Made by a program: the position numbers and the translations under genes. A DNA stretch of 64,000 nucleotides, from NCBI GenBank assembly GCA_963810275.1, contig CAWENF010000026.1:1-64000 (forward strand), in the 5' to 3' direction. Position 1 is the stretch's first letter. Each line of letters opens with the position of its first letter. Shown here piece after piece: positions 20,351-30,732 of the stretch. This DNA is from an uncultured archaeon (GTDB lineage: Archaea > Thermoproteota > Bathyarchaeia > Bathyarchaeales > Bathycorpusculaceae). The notes under the pieces were generated by a model that was given only the letters and a program-made list of their open reading frames with translations, made no database searches and had not been told where the DNA came from.

Positions 20351-21415
20351 TTAGAAGAGGGAGTAGGGAAAGCGTTGATTGTTCTGGTGTAATTTGCCTA
20401 TAATGGGAATTTTGTTTCCGCAGACCGGGCAGTGCATGTCGTCGGTTAGGTTCCACTGTGTAATGTCAAAGCTGTAACGTTTGATTACCGGAGTGTCGCA
20501 CACTGGGCAGTAAGTGTTTTCGCCAGGATGACCGGGCACGTTACCCACGTACACGTATTTTAACCCTTCATTTCGCGCAGTCAGCATCGCTTGCTCCATG
20601 GTGTGCACGCTGGTCGCTTGGACGCCTGCCATTTTGTATTCGGGGTGAAAACGCAGCATATGAAGAGGGGTATTCGCACCCAAGTAGTCTTTCACCCACT
20701 TCGCTAGCAATCGGATGCATTCCAGCGAGTCCCCGGACCGTGGCACTACGAGGTTTGTGAGCTCGATGTGGATGTCTTTTAGTTTAAGTTCTTTTAAACA
20801 CTCGTAGATTGGCTCAACAGATGGCACGCCCATATTGGAGCGGTAGAAATTTGGGTCTCCGCCTCCCTTGAAATCCACCGTAGCAGCATCAAGGTAAGGC
20901 GCTATGGTCTGGACTGCTTCTGGGGTCATGTATCCATTGGTGACAAACGTATTGAAGAGTCCTTCTTGTTTGGCTATTTTAGCGGTGTCTAGAGCGTACT
21001 CCATGAAAATAGTTGGTTCAGTGTATGTGTAGCTTATGCCTTGGCAGCCTGCGTTTTTGGCTGCTCTTACCACTTCTTGGGGTGGAAGGGGATTGCCCGG
21101 GGCTTCGTGGTCTTGGCTTATCATCCAGTTATCGCAGAATTGGCATCGGAAGTTGCAGCCAGCCGCAGCGACCGACATCACGAGCGCTCCGGGGTTGAAG
21201 TGGGTGAGCGGTTTTTTGCCTATGGGGTCTACGCCTGCGGAGACTGCTTTACCGTAGTTTAGGCTATAGAGAGTACCGCCAATGTTTTTGCGTACTAGGC
21301 AGAAGCCAGGTGCGCCTTCGCTAATTGTACAGCGGCGTGCGCATAGGTTGCATTTGATTTTTAGCTCGGCTTGGCGGGTGTAGAGCAGGGCTTCATGAAG
21401 AGAAGACATAAACAT
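20351..21415 (-). CDS. amrS: AmmeMemoRadiSam system radical SAM enzyme
   Basis: N-terminal CxxCxxxC..GFC, DPIGKKPL, GCNFRCQFC, YTYTEP, C-terminal CPVC..CPVC. Confidence 0.88.
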   Translation of the reverse strand: MFMSSLHEALLYTRQAELKIKCNLCARRCTISEGAPGFCLVRKNIGGTLYSLNYGKAVSAGVDPIGKKPLTHFNPGALVMSVAAAGCNFRCQFCDNWMISQDHEAPGNPLPPQEVVRAAKNAGCQGISYTYTEPTIFMEYALDTAKIAKQEGLFNTFVTNGYMTPEAVQTIAPYLDAATVDFKGGGDPNFYRSNMGVPSVEPIYECLKELKLKDIHIELTNLVVPRSGDSLECIRLLAKWVKDYLGANTPLHMLRFHPEYKMAGVQATSVHTMEQAMLTARNEGLKYVYVGNVPGHPGENTYCPVCDTPVIKRYSFDITQWNLTDDMHCPVCGNKIPIIGKLHQNNQRFPYSLF

Positions 21416-21479
21416 TTCACCTAAGAGAAATAGAGGAAAAGTGTTTTAAAAGGTATCGAGAAAGAAAAAGAAGGTTAGT

Positions 21480-21812
21480 TTAGAGGAGCTTGTTATAGAA
21501 GCAGCTATATTCTCCAGTATGGCATGCCGGTCCAATCTGCTCGACCACGTAAAGCAGTGAGTCGCAGTCGCAGTCTGTGGCTACGGACACGATTTTCTGT
21601 GTGTTTCCGCTGGTTTCGCCTTTTACCCAGATTTCGTTTCGGCTACGGCTCCAATAAGTCGCTTTCTTGGTTTTCAAAGTTAGTTCGACTGCTTCTTTAT
21701 TGGCAAAAGCCTGCATCAGCACAACCTTGGTCTTGGCGTCCTGTGTGATGACGGGTATAAGTCCGCTGCCCTTTGTGAAATCTAGCTTCGCAAATAGTTC
21801 TTCAGGTGTCAT
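21480..21812 (-). CDS. hisI: Phosphoribosyl-AMP cyclohydrolase
   Basis: [28 protein letters not shown]. Confidence 0.95.
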   Translation of the reverse strand: MTPEELFAKLDFTKGSGLIPVITQDAKTKVVLMQAFANKEAVELTLKTKKATYWSRSRNEIWVKGETSGNTQKIVSVATDCDCDSLLYVVEQIGPACHTGEYSCFYNKLL

Positions 21813-22612
21813 TGTCTTATTGTCACCCCCATCTTACGCAAGTAATCCTTCACTACGGGGACAGGATACTGGTTGTAGTGGAAAATCGATGCTGCTAAGG
21901 CTGCGTCTGCTTTGCCATTCACAAACACCTCAAAGAGGTGTTTGGGTTCACCTGCGCCTCCGCTAGCTATGATGGGCACGTTCACACGTTCGCTGATGGC
22001 TCGGGTGAGTTCGATGTCGTAGCCATCTTTGGTTCCGTCGCAGTCCATAGAGGTGACGAGGAACTCTCCTGCACCGAGCCGCTGCGCTTCAAGCGCCCAA
22101 GCTATGGCGTCGATGCCTGTGGGTTTTCTGCCGCCATAGGTGATGACTTCAAACCATAGTTTGCCCTCGTCAGTGTCAACCAAGGTTTTGCCCTCGGTTG
22201 GTATGAGATTACGTTTAGTATCTATTGCGCAGACCACGCATTGTCTACCGAACACGTCTGCTAATTCAGTGATTAGCTTGGGTTTTTCAACAGCGGCGGT
22301 GTTAACAGAGACCTTGTCTGCACCACTGCAAAGCACGTTTCTGGCATCGCCTACACTTCGGACACCTCCGCCCACGGTGAAAGGGATACTTATAGCTTTA
22401 GCCACGCCCTCCACGTAGCGGCGCATGATATCCCGTTTTTCGCTAGAAGCGGTAATATCTAGGAATACGAGTTCGTCGGCTCCATCGTCGCTGTAACGTT
22501 TAGCCATCGCCACAGGGTCGCCAGCGTGCTTAAGCTCCAGAAAGTTTACGCCTTTGACGACTTTACCGTGGTCAACGTCAAGGCAGGGTACAATTCTTTT
22601 GGCTAGCGGCAT
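21809..22612 (-). CDS. hisF: Imidazole glycerol phosphate synthase, cyclase subunit
   Basis: [44 protein letters not shown]. Confidence 0.96.
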   Translation of the reverse strand: MPLAKRIVPCLDVDHGKVVKGVNFLELKHAGDPVAMAKRYSDDGADELVFLDITASSEKRDIMRRYVEGVAKAISIPFTVGGGVRSVGDARNVLCSGADKVSVNTAAVEKPKLITELADVFGRQCVVCAIDTKRNLIPTEGKTLVDTDEGKLWFEVITYGGRKPTGIDAIAWALEAQRLGAGEFLVTSMDCDGTKDGYDIELTRAISERVNVPIIASGGAGEPKHLFEVFVNGKADAALAASIFHYNQYPVPVVKDYLRKMGVTIRQ

Positions 22613-22614
22613 TT

Positions 22615-23343
22615 TTAGTCTCCTATGTCGTGTAATGCTTGCTTTAGAGTGAATTTGTTTTCGTAGAGGGCTTTGCCGATGACTGCTCCAGAACAGCCGA
22701 TTTCTTTTAGGGCGGCTAGGTCGCCGATGGTGCCGATCCCGCCTGCTGCTATGATTTTAGCTTTGGTGGATTGCACGGCATCAGAGAGGGTGATTAGATC
22801 GGGACCGCTTAGCATTCCGTCTTGTGCAATAGAGGTTATGAGGAAGGTTTCAGTTCCAAGCTCAGTGTATTTTTCTAGTGCAGTATTTAGGGTCATAGGG
22901 GTTTCGGTTTGCCAGCCTTCGACCATGATTTTGCCATTGCGGTTGTCGAGGGCAACTATGGCGGCGTCGTAGCCGAACCGTTTCTCGATTTGCCCAATAA
23001 CTGAAGGCTCACTGTACGCTAATGAGCCCAAAATTACCTGCGCAACACCAACCCTAAGGAGTTTTTCGGCGTCTTCAAAGCTTCGGATACCCCCACCCAC
23101 TTGGATGGGCAGAGACACGTTTTTTGCAATTTCCGCAATAACAACTCGGTTGTCTCCGATGCCGAAGGCCGCATCTAAGTCGATTACATGGAGTTTGCCT
23201 GCGCCTTCGTCTTTCCAACGCTGTGCTGCCTGTAAGGGAGCGCCGAATTCGGCTTCGTAGCATTTGGCGGTTTCAGCTTTGCCACGGGTCAGGCGGACGA
23301 TTTTACCTCCCATCAAATCAATAGCTGGAATAAGCTTCATCAA
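22615..23343 (-). CDS. hisA: ProFAR isomerase
   Basis: [40 protein letters not shown]. Confidence 0.95.
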   Translation of the reverse strand: MMKLIPAIDLMGGKIVRLTRGKAETAKCYEAEFGAPLQAAQRWKDEGAGKLHVIDLDAAFGIGDNRVVIAEIAKNVSLPIQVGGGIRSFEDAEKLLRVGVAQVILGSLAYSEPSVIGQIEKRFGYDAAIVALDNRNGKIMVEGWQTETPMTLNTALEKYTELGTETFLITSIAQDGMLSGPDLITLSDAVQSTKAKIIAAGGIGTIGDLAALKEIGCSGAVIGKALYENKFTLKQALHDIGD

Positions 23344-23346
23344 GAA

Positions 23347-23953
23347 TCACCTTACAACTGCCTGTGCGAAGTTTTTAAGTATTTTCAAGCCGATGTCGCC
23401 GCTTTTTTCGGGATGAAACTGCGTCCCATAAATGTTGCCTTTGGCGACTGCGCTGGCAAAAGTGGTGCCGTACTCTGTTTTAGCTATGACTATATCTTGC
23501 CCTTCAGGGACGGGGTAAAGCGAGTGGACGAAGTAAACGTACGAGCCTTCCTCTATACCGTCGAACAATGGATCGGGCTTTGGGAAGTCAAGCGTGTTCC
23601 AGCCCATATGCGGAACCTTAACCGTGGATCGGAAGCTGCTGGATACAACCTTTAAAAAACGCCAAGCCTTCACCAGGGCCTTCCTCGCTGCTCTCAAAAA
23701 ATAACTGCATGCCAAGGCAGATGCCCAGAAGCGGTGTGCCCTCTGCGATTTTTGCGTGCAATATGTCTTTGACGGTGTTTAAACGCTCCAGAGAGGCTGT
23801 AAAGCTGCCTACTCCGGGCAAGGCTATGGCGTCTGCGTCTTTGAGCTCCGCCGCGGAGGTTCCTATCGATGCAATTAAACCCACCTTTTCAAGGGCAGTT
23901 TTGAGGCTAAGCAGGTTGCCTACGCCGTAGTCAAATATAACTGCGTTTGCCAT
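23347..23953 (-). CDS. hisH: Imidazole glycerol phosphate synthase, glutaminase subunit (one frameshift near 23629)
   Basis: DYGVGNL, LPGVG, GICLGMQ in 23618..23953; KVPHMGWN, YFVHS, QFHPEKS in 23347..23715; one extra base joins them. Confidence 0.93.
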
Positions 23954-23954
23954 G

Positions 23955-24539
23955 CTATATTACGCCCTTGCTGCTTGGTACGCCTTTGCGTCTTGGGTCC
24001 ACTGCAGCTGCCTGTCTCAACGAAAGCGCCAGCGCCTTGACGGCGGCTTCTGCTTTGTGGTGATCGTTGCTACCATACTCCACATACACGTGTACGTTAG
24101 CCATCAAGGTCTGGGTGAAGGACTCAAAGAAGTGCACGATGTCCTCGCAGGGCATATCTTCTACTTTTTTGCCGCGCAGTTTTAGATCGATTTTGAAGTA
24201 CGGACGCTTAACAAGGTCAACTGCTGCGAATGCGAGGGAGCAGTCCATGGGGGCAGCTGCGTTGCCGAACCTGGTGATGCCTTCGCGATTGCCCATTGCT
24301 TTATTTAGGGTTTCGCCGAGTGCCAGCGCTATGTCTTCAACCATATGGTGGACGAGGTCGCCTTCCATGGTGGCTTCAATGTCGATTAAGCTGTGGGTGG
24401 CCAGTGAGGTCAGCATGTGGCTTAGAAACGGCACTGGCGTCTGGATTTTGGCTTTGCCTTCGCCGTCCAAGTTCACTTTGACTTTAACTGTGGTTTCTTT
24501 GGTTTTTCGGGTAACCTCTTCATATCTCATAGGTGTCAC
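23955..24539 (-). CDS. hisB: Imidazoleglycerol-phosphate dehydratase
   Basis: RKTKET, HHMVED, NDHHKAEA, PSSKG. Confidence 0.95.
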   Translation of the reverse strand: MTPMRYEEVTRKTKETTVKVKVNLDGEGKAKIQTPVPFLSHMLTSLATHSLIDIEATMEGDLVHHMVEDIALALGETLNKAMGNREGITRFGNAAAPMDCSLAFAAVDLVKRPYFKIDLKLRGKKVEDMPCEDIVHFFESFTQTLMANVHVYVEYGSNDHHKAEAAVKALALSLRQAAAVDPRRKGVPSSKGVI

Positions 24540-25651
24540 TTTGAATTTCCTTTAACGCTTGAATTAATTTCTGGGTCATTTCAGGCGGCCCCACTGTTAC
24601 ACGGAAGCAATTCTCGTATTGGAGGAGTTTTCCCCATTTTTTTAGCATGATGCCTTTAGCGAGGAGCTTCTTGTAGACTTCGTCAGCTGGGGCGTCTGTG
24701 TTTATGAGCACGAAATCCGCCTGAGACTGAAACGCTTCTACGCCTTCTATCTCGTTTAGTCGGTTTATGAGTTTTCCCCGCTCAGCTATCAGAGCCGCCA
24801 CTGCACGGAGTTCGATTTCTGGGTTTTCGAGCATTTTTATGCCCATTCGCAAAGTGAAGCCGCTCACAGGAAACGGCAGAGGCGCTTTCTCGCGCAGAAC
24901 CGTGGCTAGCTCAGGGTTTGCAACTGCATAGCCCAACCTCAGCATCGCCAGTCCGAAGGCTTTGCTGAAGGTTCTAAGGATTATCATGTTTGGGAACTCT
25001 TGGATTTTGGGTACGAAGCTGTAATCTGCGAATTCGCCGTATGCTTCGTCGAGGATAACCACCCCCGGGAACGCTTCGGTGAGCCGCTTGATGTCATCTG
25101 GATTCATTTGGTTGCTTGTAGGGTTGTTGGGGCTGCAGAGATAAAGCAGTCGGGTTTTGTCCGAAAACAACGCCATCATGGCGTCTACGTCGAGTTGGAA
25201 ATCCCCCTTGAGCGGAACGGTTTTGTATTCGCCACCTTGTCGTTTAGTGCAGAGCCGCGGAATGGCAAACGTTGGCGTAAAAGAAACCGTTACGTCACCA
25301 GGCTCAAGAAATAGGCGAAATATACGGTCTAAGAGTTCATCGCCTGCGTTGCCCACCACCAGAAAATCAGGAGGGACATCCATGTAGTCGGCGAGTTTGG
25401 CACGGAACTTTGGTTCTTCATCTTCTGGGTACATGCGCAAATCAATTTCTTCCGCCAAATCTTTCATAAGGGCAGTCTGTTTTGTGCGGTCAACAAAGAG
25501 GTTCTCGTTAAAGTTTAGCTTCACAATCTTAGATGTGTCAACACCCAACTGCTCTGCTAAGCCTTCAGGCGTCACGCCAGCCGAGTAACAGTCAATGGCG
25601 TTTAGATGTTTGAAGTTTTTGCTTGAACCATTCTTGGTATGATTCGCTCAC
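24520..25651 (-). CDS. hisC: Histidinol-phosphate aminotransferase (frameshift near the N-terminus)
   Basis: KLNFNEN, SPNNPT, DEAY, RTFSKAFGLA..RLGY; GTG at 25651 overlapping the hisD stop gives MSESYQEWFKQKL, which joins after one extra base near 25613. Confidence 0.93.
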
Positions 25652-26949
25652 TACTCAAACCTCACTGCTATCGCTTTGTAGTGGTTGGGAAGGTCTTCGG
25701 TGTCTGTTAATACCTTAACTTGGGGCTTCACTTTTTCCAGTCCTTCTCGGCTACATTCGGCGACGCTAACCCGACGAGTGAAGTCAATGGCGGACAATCC
25801 TGAGAAGGCGTGTGCGAAGCCTCCTGTTGGCAATACATGATTGGTTCCGCTGGCGTAATCGCTTAAAGGCACAGGGCTGTAGGGACCAATGAGAATTAAC
25901 CCTGCGACCAGCTTATTCACCAACGTTTTGGAGTCTTTAGTTATGACTTCAAGATGCTCCGCTGCAAACTGGTTAGTTAATTTAACGGCTTCCTCCATGT
26001 CAGTGCAGACGACGATGAAGCCGAATCTGTTTAAAGACTCCAAGATTTTCTCCACCCGAGGCGCCGCTATAACGAACTTAGAGATACATTGCTGCACCTG
26101 CATTGCCAACTTAACTGAGGGCGTAACGAGTACGGCTACACTATCGGTTCCATGTTCCGCCTGAGAAATCATATCGTAAGCAATGAAACGGGGGTCAGCC
26201 GTATCATCGGCCAAAACCAGAACTTCACTTGGACCTGCGGGCATGTCGATGGCTACGTCCTGTGAAACCAACACTTTTGCTGTAGTAACGTATTTGCTGC
26301 CAGGTCCCACGATTTTGCGAACGGCCGCTATGGTTTGGGTGCCGTAGGCGAGGGCGGCGATTGCTTGGGCTCCTCCCACCTTATAAATTTCAGTTACGCC
26401 GCAGATGTCAGAGGCGACCAACACAAGCGGGTTTACTTTGCCCTCGCTGTTGCAAGGTGAACTGACGACTATTCGAGGTACACCTGCGATTTTAGCCACC
26501 AAAGCAGTCATAACAACGGTGCTTGGGTATGCCGCTTGGCCGCCTGGTACGTAGCAACCGACGCTTTCGATGGGGCGTAACACAGTCTCCACCATTATGC
26601 CCTCATTGAAGGCTCGAACAGCAGTGTTTGAGAGAAGCTGCTTTTGGAAGACGCTAACGCGTTTTTTCATGAACTCGATGGCGCCAACCTGCTCCACCGT
26701 AACTTTGTTGTATGCTTCCTGAATCTCCTCGGGTGTCACGCGGAGGGTTTCTTGTGTGAGTTGAGCTTTGTCGAAGCGCAAGGCAAAGTCAAGGAGAGCG
26801 CTGTCTCCCTGAGCTCTGACTTCGCTGATTATGGTTTTCACTGCTGATTCAAGTTCAGCGGTGGCTTGCTGGTCTCTCTGCTGGCGCTTAAACCAGTCTT
26901 TTGGTAGCTCACTTGTACTCCAAACTTTCAGGTTCAGTCCCGTTTGCAT
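25651..26949 (-). CDS. hisD: Histidinol dehydrogenase
   Basis: GCYVPGG, GGAQAIAALAYG, IDMPAGPSE, SQAEH, AAEHL, GTNHVLPT. Confidence 0.96.
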   Translation of the reverse strand: MQTGLNLKVWSTSELPKDWFKRQQRDQQATAELESAVKTIISEVRAQGDSALLDFALRFDKAQLTQETLRVTPEEIQEAYNKVTVEQVGAIEFMKKRVSVFQKQLLSNTAVRAFNEGIMVETVLRPIESVGCYVPGGQAAYPSTVVMTALVAKIAGVPRIVVSSPCNSEGKVNPLVLVASDICGVTEIYKVGGAQAIAALAYGTQTIAAVRKIVGPGSKYVTTAKVLVSQDVAIDMPAGPSEVLVLADDTADPRFIAYDMISQAEHGTDSVAVLVTPSVKLAMQVQQCISKFVIAAPRVEKILESLNRFGFIVVCTDMEEAVKLTNQFAAEHLEVITKDSKTLVNKLVAGLILIGPYSPVPLSDYASGTNHVLPTGGFAHAFSGLSAIDFTRRVSVAECSREGLEKVKPQVKVLTDTEDLPNHYKAIAVRFE

Positions 26950-27929
26950 TGACCTTCGTTTCTCCGTGCAATCTCATCTAATGCGAGCACCTGCCGAGGT
27001 TCAAACACGACGAGACCTTGGGCTAACTTACGAATTTTAGGCAGCAACCCGATGAGGCAGTCTTTCTCAATAACTGTGTTCACGCCTACCCAGTCTTTGT
27101 CTGCCAACGGCGAAATTGTTGGATTATGCAATGCAGGCAACTCTGTTAGCAGTTGTTGAAGGTTCTCTTTTTTGACGTTCACAAAGATGTGTATTCGTTT
27201 GGAACCATCTACAACTCCCTTGAGGAGTGCGACTATGTCGAAGATTTTCTCGCGTTTCTCGGGATCTTCGAGAGCTTTTTTGTTGGCAATTAGGATAGCT
27301 GAGGAACACATAACCGTATCGATGATTCTAAGTCCGTTGGCTTCAATGGTAGTGCCTGTTTCAGTTACGTCCATAATGCAGTCGCTATTTTCCGGTGGCT
27401 TCGCCTCAGTTGCACCAAAAGAGAGGAAGATTTTGGCTTGTGGATTGTCACCTTTTCTCCACCAAGGGGTCATGAGCATTGGCTCGGCGTCGCCAAAGTG
27501 GGCTTTGTATTCAGGGGTGTTTTTGAGGTATTCAGATGCAATGGTGAGATATTCAGTGCTGACTCGGAAGTTTTTGCCTTGTGCCCAGATAGATTCCATG
27601 TACTGCCCAAGAGTGGTGCCTTCCGGTACCGTTTGGGGGACGGCGATTACGAGGCGGATTTTGCCGTACTCAAGGTTCTGGAGCACTTCCACATCTGCGC
27701 GGTTTTCCCGTACCCAGTCTTCACCTGTAATGCCAATGTCCTGTAAGCCTTCGGAAACAAATACGGGGATTTCTTGTGGACGCAGAACTTTCATTTCGAT
27801 TTGGGGGTCGTTGATGGTTGGGCGGTAGGTTCGGTCTGACGAACCGATTATAAAACCTGATTTAGAGAAGAATTCTGTAGTCGCTTTTTGTAGGGAGCCT
27901 TTTGGTATTGCGAATTTTATTTTATCCAT
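26934..27929 (-). CDS. hisG: ATP phosphoribosyltransferase (long form)
   Basis: AIPKGSL, RPQEIP, DIGITG.D, GATEA, DVTETGTT, C-terminal PTISPL regulatory domain. Confidence 0.95.
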   Translation of the reverse strand: MDKIKFAIPKGSLQKATTEFFSKSGFIIGSSDRTYRPTINDPQIEMKVLRPQEIPVFVSEGLQDIGITGEDWVRENRADVEVLQNLEYGKIRLVIAVPQTVPEGTTLGQYMESIWAQGKNFRVSTEYLTIASEYLKNTPEYKAHFGDAEPMLMTPWWRKGDNPQAKIFLSFGATEAKPPENSDCIMDVTETGTTIEANGLRIIDTVMCSSAILIANKKALEDPEKREKIFDIVALLKGVVDGSKRIHIFVNVKKENLQQLLTELPALHNPTISPLADKDWVGVNTVIEKDCLIGLLPKIRKLAQGLVVFEPRQVLALDEIARRNEGQCKRD

Positions 27930-28159
27930 AATTTTTCACCTAAACATTTAGAGATTACTCTGAGGGTTGATTGTTTTCCAGAAACGTTTTGCTGGGGGGC
28001 TGCGCATATTTTACAATAATAAATCGTTGTTAAGCTTTCAATGAAGGCAATCGCCTTGTATGAACGCAATCCCACATGATATGTCACTAAACGACACCAC
28101 AACTGCTGTCTCCCATATAAACCTAACCGCCCATATTTAACCTTCGAAAAGAAACAACA

Positions 28160-28695
28160 CTAAAAAGAGTCTGCTTGAGGGTTTTTTATCTCGAAAACCA
28201 ACGGAGGCAGCGAGTTACGCGTTCGCAACTCCAGGCCAAGCAGCCCCTGCAATAGACCACGCCAGATTTCGCAGTCCTGAATAAAAGGAAGCTTCAGCAA
28301 CAGGAATTTGTCTTTGACTTGCAGGTCACCAAAGCCCTGCACTTTAAGCCGATAGAAAACATCTTCCCAGTTCTCCCTTTGCAATGTATCTATACCCAAA
28401 GTGGACTGGATTGAGACTCGAAGAGCTTCGCCCATGCGTTCCCCCACCTCAGGCCACCGTTCAGCGGGTATCTGCTGGGTTAATATGTTCAGTAGTTCGA
28501 CGTTTATGAAAGCGATTCTACTTATACCGCAGTAGTATTCGCCAGGGAAACCGCCAGTCGTCAATGTTCATATTGCGGTATATATCAAGCATTTTGCTGA
28601 CGAGGGGTTTTATTCCGGGTTCTTTGCCTTCGAAGCATGAGGGATTCTATGTAGTCTCGTTCGCTCCGCTCCAAAATGATGGTTGTTCGGTTCAC
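28160..28695 (-). CDS. Putative RHH-like regulator with a ligand-binding-type C-terminal domain (two frameshifts)
   Basis: Reconstructed MNRTTIILERSERDYIESLM/EGKEPGIKPLVSKMLDIYRNMNIDDWRF/PGEYYCGISRIAF...; shifts near 28634 and 28547. Confidence 0.55.
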
Positions 28696-28968
28696 TTTAT
28701 CTTTCCCGAGCAGTAAGTCGGGGGAACGGGGTTTGTCCTTCATGGCAAATTCTTAGTCGCCAGACATATCTAATATGACTTGTGAATCTAAGAAACATAT
28801 TGAAACTATGGAAAACTCAAACAAAATCTGCTAAAAAAAGCGCAGATATCAGGAATAGTTAATAAAACAGGCTTTGCCCTATTGGGGTGCCGATGAAGAA
28901 TCTAAAAAGCTGAACTAATGATGCACTCTAGGGTATCTGAGGCAAAAATTATCCCCAAAAGCGGAAGT

Positions 28969-29214
28969 TTAGGTTATGACTTTTTTGCGAATCAAGTAAA
29001 CCAGCAAAAGCAAACCCGCAAAAAATAGCGCCACACCGACGCCGACGGAGGCGAAATACTCCATTTTTGCAACGTCAGCCAGCAAGTACACACCATATGT
29101 TGGACCCGCAAAAATTAACACAACCGCAACTAAAGTTAAAGCAATCCTCATGAACTTGGATTCTATACCGCTAACTTCTAAATCTACATTTTTTTGTGTC
29201 ATTGCAGCGCCCAA
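28969..29214 (-). CDS. Small 2-TM membrane protein
   Basis: Two hydrophobic helices, FAGPTY motif; directly follows the PAC2 gene. Confidence 0.7.
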   Translation of the reverse strand: MGAAMTQKNVDLEVSGIESKFMRIALTLVAVVLIFAGPTYGVYLLADVAKMEYFASVGVGVALFFAGLLLLVYLIRKKVIT

Positions 29215-29215
29215 C

Positions 29216-29899
29216 TTATGTGTCTTCAGATTGATTGTTTTCAGCTAAACCTTCTTTTATCTCTTTTCCCAAAGCCTTCATTAGGAACTTGAAAACCAGA
29301 AATCCAGCGCCTTTATCCGCCTTGAAACCCATCGTGGTACCAAGTAAGCTGACGCCATCGAGTTTACGTTCCTTAGCCAAAGCCAAAGTCAATCCGGTGC
29401 CACCCACAATTCTGCCCTTGCTGTATATGACGGCGCCTTTCTCCATAAATTCCGTGGCTAAGCGATTTGAAGTGGCGGCTATGAATACCTCGGTTTTATC
29501 CTCGGTAATCGGAACTCCGCCCATGGTGACTATGAAGTGGCAGCCGAGTTCCTCCACAAAATCCAGTACCGAATCACACACCGTGTAGTGCGCTACGACA
29601 TCGTCGAAGCTAGGTTGAATTTCGCCTGTCATGATTATGAGGTTGTTTTTCTCCATAGGGGCGTAATAAAATTCATAGCGAGGTAGGTTAGCTATGCCTT
29701 TGGTTGTTATACCTACATAGTCGGGAAAGGTGGGCGAGTAGAGTTCAGCAAAGAGTTTGGCGTCGCAGAATTTTATGAGTAAGTGAGCTGCTATGCGTCC
29801 GACGTTGCCAAAGCCGGGCAAGCCCTGTACGAATATCGGGTTGTCCAGTGTGGGTGAGCTGATTTTGCGCAGGTAAGGCTTGTCCATGTTGATTGTCAC
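29216..29899 (-). CDS. PAC2 (proteasome assembly chaperone) family protein
   Basis: GLPGFGNVG, ELYSPTFP, TMGG, GRIVGGTG. Confidence 0.88.
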   Translation of the reverse strand: MTINMDKPYLRKISSPTLDNPIFVQGLPGFGNVGRIAAHLLIKFCDAKLFAELYSPTFPDYVGITTKGIANLPRYEFYYAPMEKNNLIIMTGEIQPSFDDVVAHYTVCDSVLDFVEELGCHFIVTMGGVPITEDKTEVFIAATSNRLATEFMEKGAVIYSKGRIVGGTGLTLALAKERKLDGVSLLGTTMGFKADKGAGFLVFKFLMKALGKEIKEGLAENNQSEDT

Positions 29900-30018
29900 G
29901 CCTTAGGGAAGATAAACTCGACACTAAAATGCTTTTGCTGAATAGTTAAAAAAGAAACTATTAATATGTGACTTGGTAGTTATACGTTGCACCCAGACCT
30001 GGTTTATATAGAATCTGT

Positions 30019-30097
30019 AGCGGGGTGGGGTAGCCAGGATTAACCCGCTGGGCTCATAACCCAGAGATCAGTAGTTCAAATCTACTCCCCGCTACCA
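30019..30097 (+). tRNA. Initiator tRNA-Met(CAT)
   Basis: AGCGGGG..CCCCGCT with A1:U72, anticodon arm CTGGG-CTCATAA-CCCAG (3 G-C pairs), T loop TTCAAAT, encoded CCA; TTTATATA box upstream. Confidence 0.96.
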
Positions 30098-30181
30098 AAA
30101 CAAAACTTTTTTAAAAAGACAACAACGTCACCGAGCTAGTGCTTATAAAACAGCTTCAGCATATTTCTGTTGGTAATTTTT

Positions 30182-30685
30182 ATGACTAAAACCGAAGAGA
30201 ACCTAAACGCAGCTTTCGCAGGCGAATCCCAAGCCAACCGAACCTACCTCGCTTTTGCAAAAGCAGCAGACAAAGAAGGCCTCCCACAAATAGCTAAACT
30301 GTTCCGCGCCGCAGCTGAAGCTGAAACCGTGCACGCCCACAACCACCTAAATGTGCTGAGAAAAGTCAAATCCACCGAAGAAAACCTTCAAGCAGCCGTC
30401 TCAGGCGAAACCCACGAGTTTCAAGAAATGTATCCCAAAATGATTGAGGACGCCAAAGCCGAAGGTAACAAAGACGCACTGAGGAGCTTTGACTACGCCA
30501 ACAAAGTTGAGAAAATTCACGCTGACCTCTACAAGAAAGCCATCGACGCCGCCAAAGCTAAAAAAGACCTTCCAGAAGCCGCCATTACCGTGTGCCCTGT
30601 CTGTGGAAACACCTTCGTAGGCAAAGAACCTGACATCTGCCCTATTTGTGGTACACCTAAAAAAGCGTTTACAAAAATAGCATAA
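30182..30685 (+). CDS. rbr: Rubrerythrin
   Basis: AFAGESQA, EAETVHA, GETHE, EKIHA, CPVCG..CPICG. Confidence 0.94.
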   Translation: MTKTEENLNAAFAGESQANRTYLAFAKAADKEGLPQIAKLFRAAAEAETVHAHNHLNVLRKVKSTEENLQAAVSGETHEFQEMYPKMIEDAKAEGNKDALRSFDYANKVEKIHADLYKKAIDAAKAKKDLPEAAITVCPVCGNTFVGKEPDICPICGTPKKAFTKIA

Positions 30686-30732
30686 GCTATTTTCTTTTTT
30701 CTTATTCTAAAAATCAAAAAGAAAAAATGGGT

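Noticed and set aside
27917-28102. His attenuator leader peptide
   Set aside because: Only one His codon and no clear terminator/antiterminator pair
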